Position numbers and translations under genes: made by a program. 64,000 bases of DNA from an uncultured Flavobacteriales bacterium (GTDB lineage: Bacteria > Bacteroidota > Bacteroidia > Flavobacteriales > BACL11). The DNA is taken from assembly GCA_964004625.1 (NCBI GenBank), contig CAXFOB010000016.1, positions 2,319-66,318 on the forward strand, read 5' to 3'. This document shows positions 62,559 to 64,000 of the stretch, one piece after another; the first letter of the stretch is position 1, and every line of letters begins with the position of its first letter. The notes under the pieces were generated by a model, which worked only from the letters and a program-made list of their open reading frames with translations, searched no databases and had not been told where the DNA came from.

Positions 62559-64000
62559 TTCAACTATTACCAGAACATATAGCCAATCAAATAGCGGCAG
62601 GGGAAGTTATTCAGAGGCCTGCATCTGCTGTAAAAGAGATGTTAGAAAATGCTTTAGATTCTGGAGCCACACACATTCAACTTTTTATAAAGGACGCTGG
62701 AAAGTCATTAATTCAAGTAGTAGATAATGGTTGTGGAATGAGTGAAACTGATGCTATAATGAGTTTTGAAAGACATGCTACCTCAAAAATAAAAAAAGCG
62801 GAAGACTTGTTTAACATTAAAACCATGGGGTTTAGAGGTGAAGCAATGGCCTCAATGGCGGCAATTGCCCATATAGAACTTAACACCAAGTTAACTAATC
62901 AAGAATTAGGAACTAAAATAGTGATTGAAGGAAGTGAAGTTAAAAATAAGGAAAGTTGTGCTTGTGCCAACGGAACTTCAATAAAAATAAAAAATTTGTT
63001 CTTCAATGTTCCTGCCAGAAGGAATTTTCTGAAGTCAGATAAGGTCGAAAACAAACACATTGTAGAACAATTTACAAGAGTTGCACTCGCAAATCCAGAA
63101 ATATCATGGAATTTAGATATAGACGGAAAACAGATTTTCAGACTAGATTCATCCAATTTCAGACAAAGAATCGTAAATATTATAGGAACTAAAACTAATG
63201 AAAAACTTGTTCCTGTTAATGAAGAAACTACTCTAGTAAATATAAGTGGATTTGTTGGAAAACCTGAATTTGCAAAGAGAACAAGAGGAGAACAATATTT
63301 TTTTGTAAACGGTAGATTTATTAAAAATTATTATTTAAACCATGCTATCACTAAATCTTTTACTGATTTAATTGCAGAAAATTATCACCCCTCTTATTTT
63401 TTAAACTTAGAGATAAATCCAAATTTAATTGATATAAATATTCATCCAACAAAAACGGAAATAAAATTTGAAGATGAAAAATCAATTTACGCAATTCTAC
63501 GATCTTCAGTTAAAAAATCTCTAGGACAATATAATATTGCTCCTACTCTAGACTTTAATACAGAACCCTCTTTTGAAATTCCTATAAGAAACAATATAGA
63601 AGTTGTTTCAGAACCAAAAATAAGAGTAAATACAAATTATAATCCTTTTAATGAAGAAATCGAAAATTCAGAATCGTTTTCTCAAACAATATATCAGAAT
63701 CATTCTGAAGAAAACATTCAATCTGAAATTAGCTTATCAGCATCTGAATACAGTAATTATTCTCAATTAAATAATCATTTTATTTTTTGCCACTCAAAAG
63801 AAGGGATAATACTGGTTCATCAACAAAGAGCTCACCAACGAATACTTTACGAATATTTTAAACAAAATAATTCTGTTAAACAGGATTCACAGAAATTAAT
63901 ATTTCCTCATAAAATATCTGTAACAAAAAAAGAATCTTCGACTATTTTGGATATACAAGAAGATCTACAGAACATTGGTTTTCAGATAGAGGTTTTAGAT
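62549..64000 (+). CDS. mutL: DNA mismatch repair protein MutL (3'-truncated by the window; absent from the ORF track)
   Basis: Read by hand from TTG 62549: [38 protein letters not shown]...DNGCGM...RHATSKI...MGFRGEA...DINIHPTK.E...[9 protein letters not shown].YE. Confidence 0.96.
   Translation, partial: [484 protein letters not shown]

Noticed and set aside
62512-63156. Track ORFs 62512-62727 (+) and 62899-63156 (-)
   Set aside because: Shadows of mutL, which runs from 62549 off the window end.

Overview
AT-rich, tightly packed chromosomal segment of a Bacteroidota (probably Flavobacteriales) bacterium. The assignment rests on T9SS type-B cargoes, PorP/SprF proteins, TAnnTTTG promoter motifs and typical gene order. 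Most of the window is housekeeping: uvrC, ileS-dksA-lspA, purL, sucD, fabG, mnmE, an RND pump, pyrE, birA, rsfS-ftsH-cdsA-psd, argS-ctlX, ftsK-lolA, guaA, bshC and a partial mutL. I found no tRNA, rRNA, CRISPR, IS or prophage. Two surface-protein loci stand out. (1) At 1-13.3 kb, two convergent cargo + PorP/SprF pairs; one PorP is fused to TSP3-like repeats and an OmpA peptidoglycan-binding domain. (2) At 53.1-57.8 kb, a three-gene operon in which two secreted proteins lack a T9SS CTD but share a C-terminal T-x-P-I-N-H-x tail, and two share an N-terminal PKD-like domain. This pattern suggests a tip/shaft/anchor surface assembly, which is a hypothesis. Also notable are a secreted (KKSCSKEA)8 repeat protein and several probably leaderless genes. 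All product calls are from motif recognition only; no searches were run.
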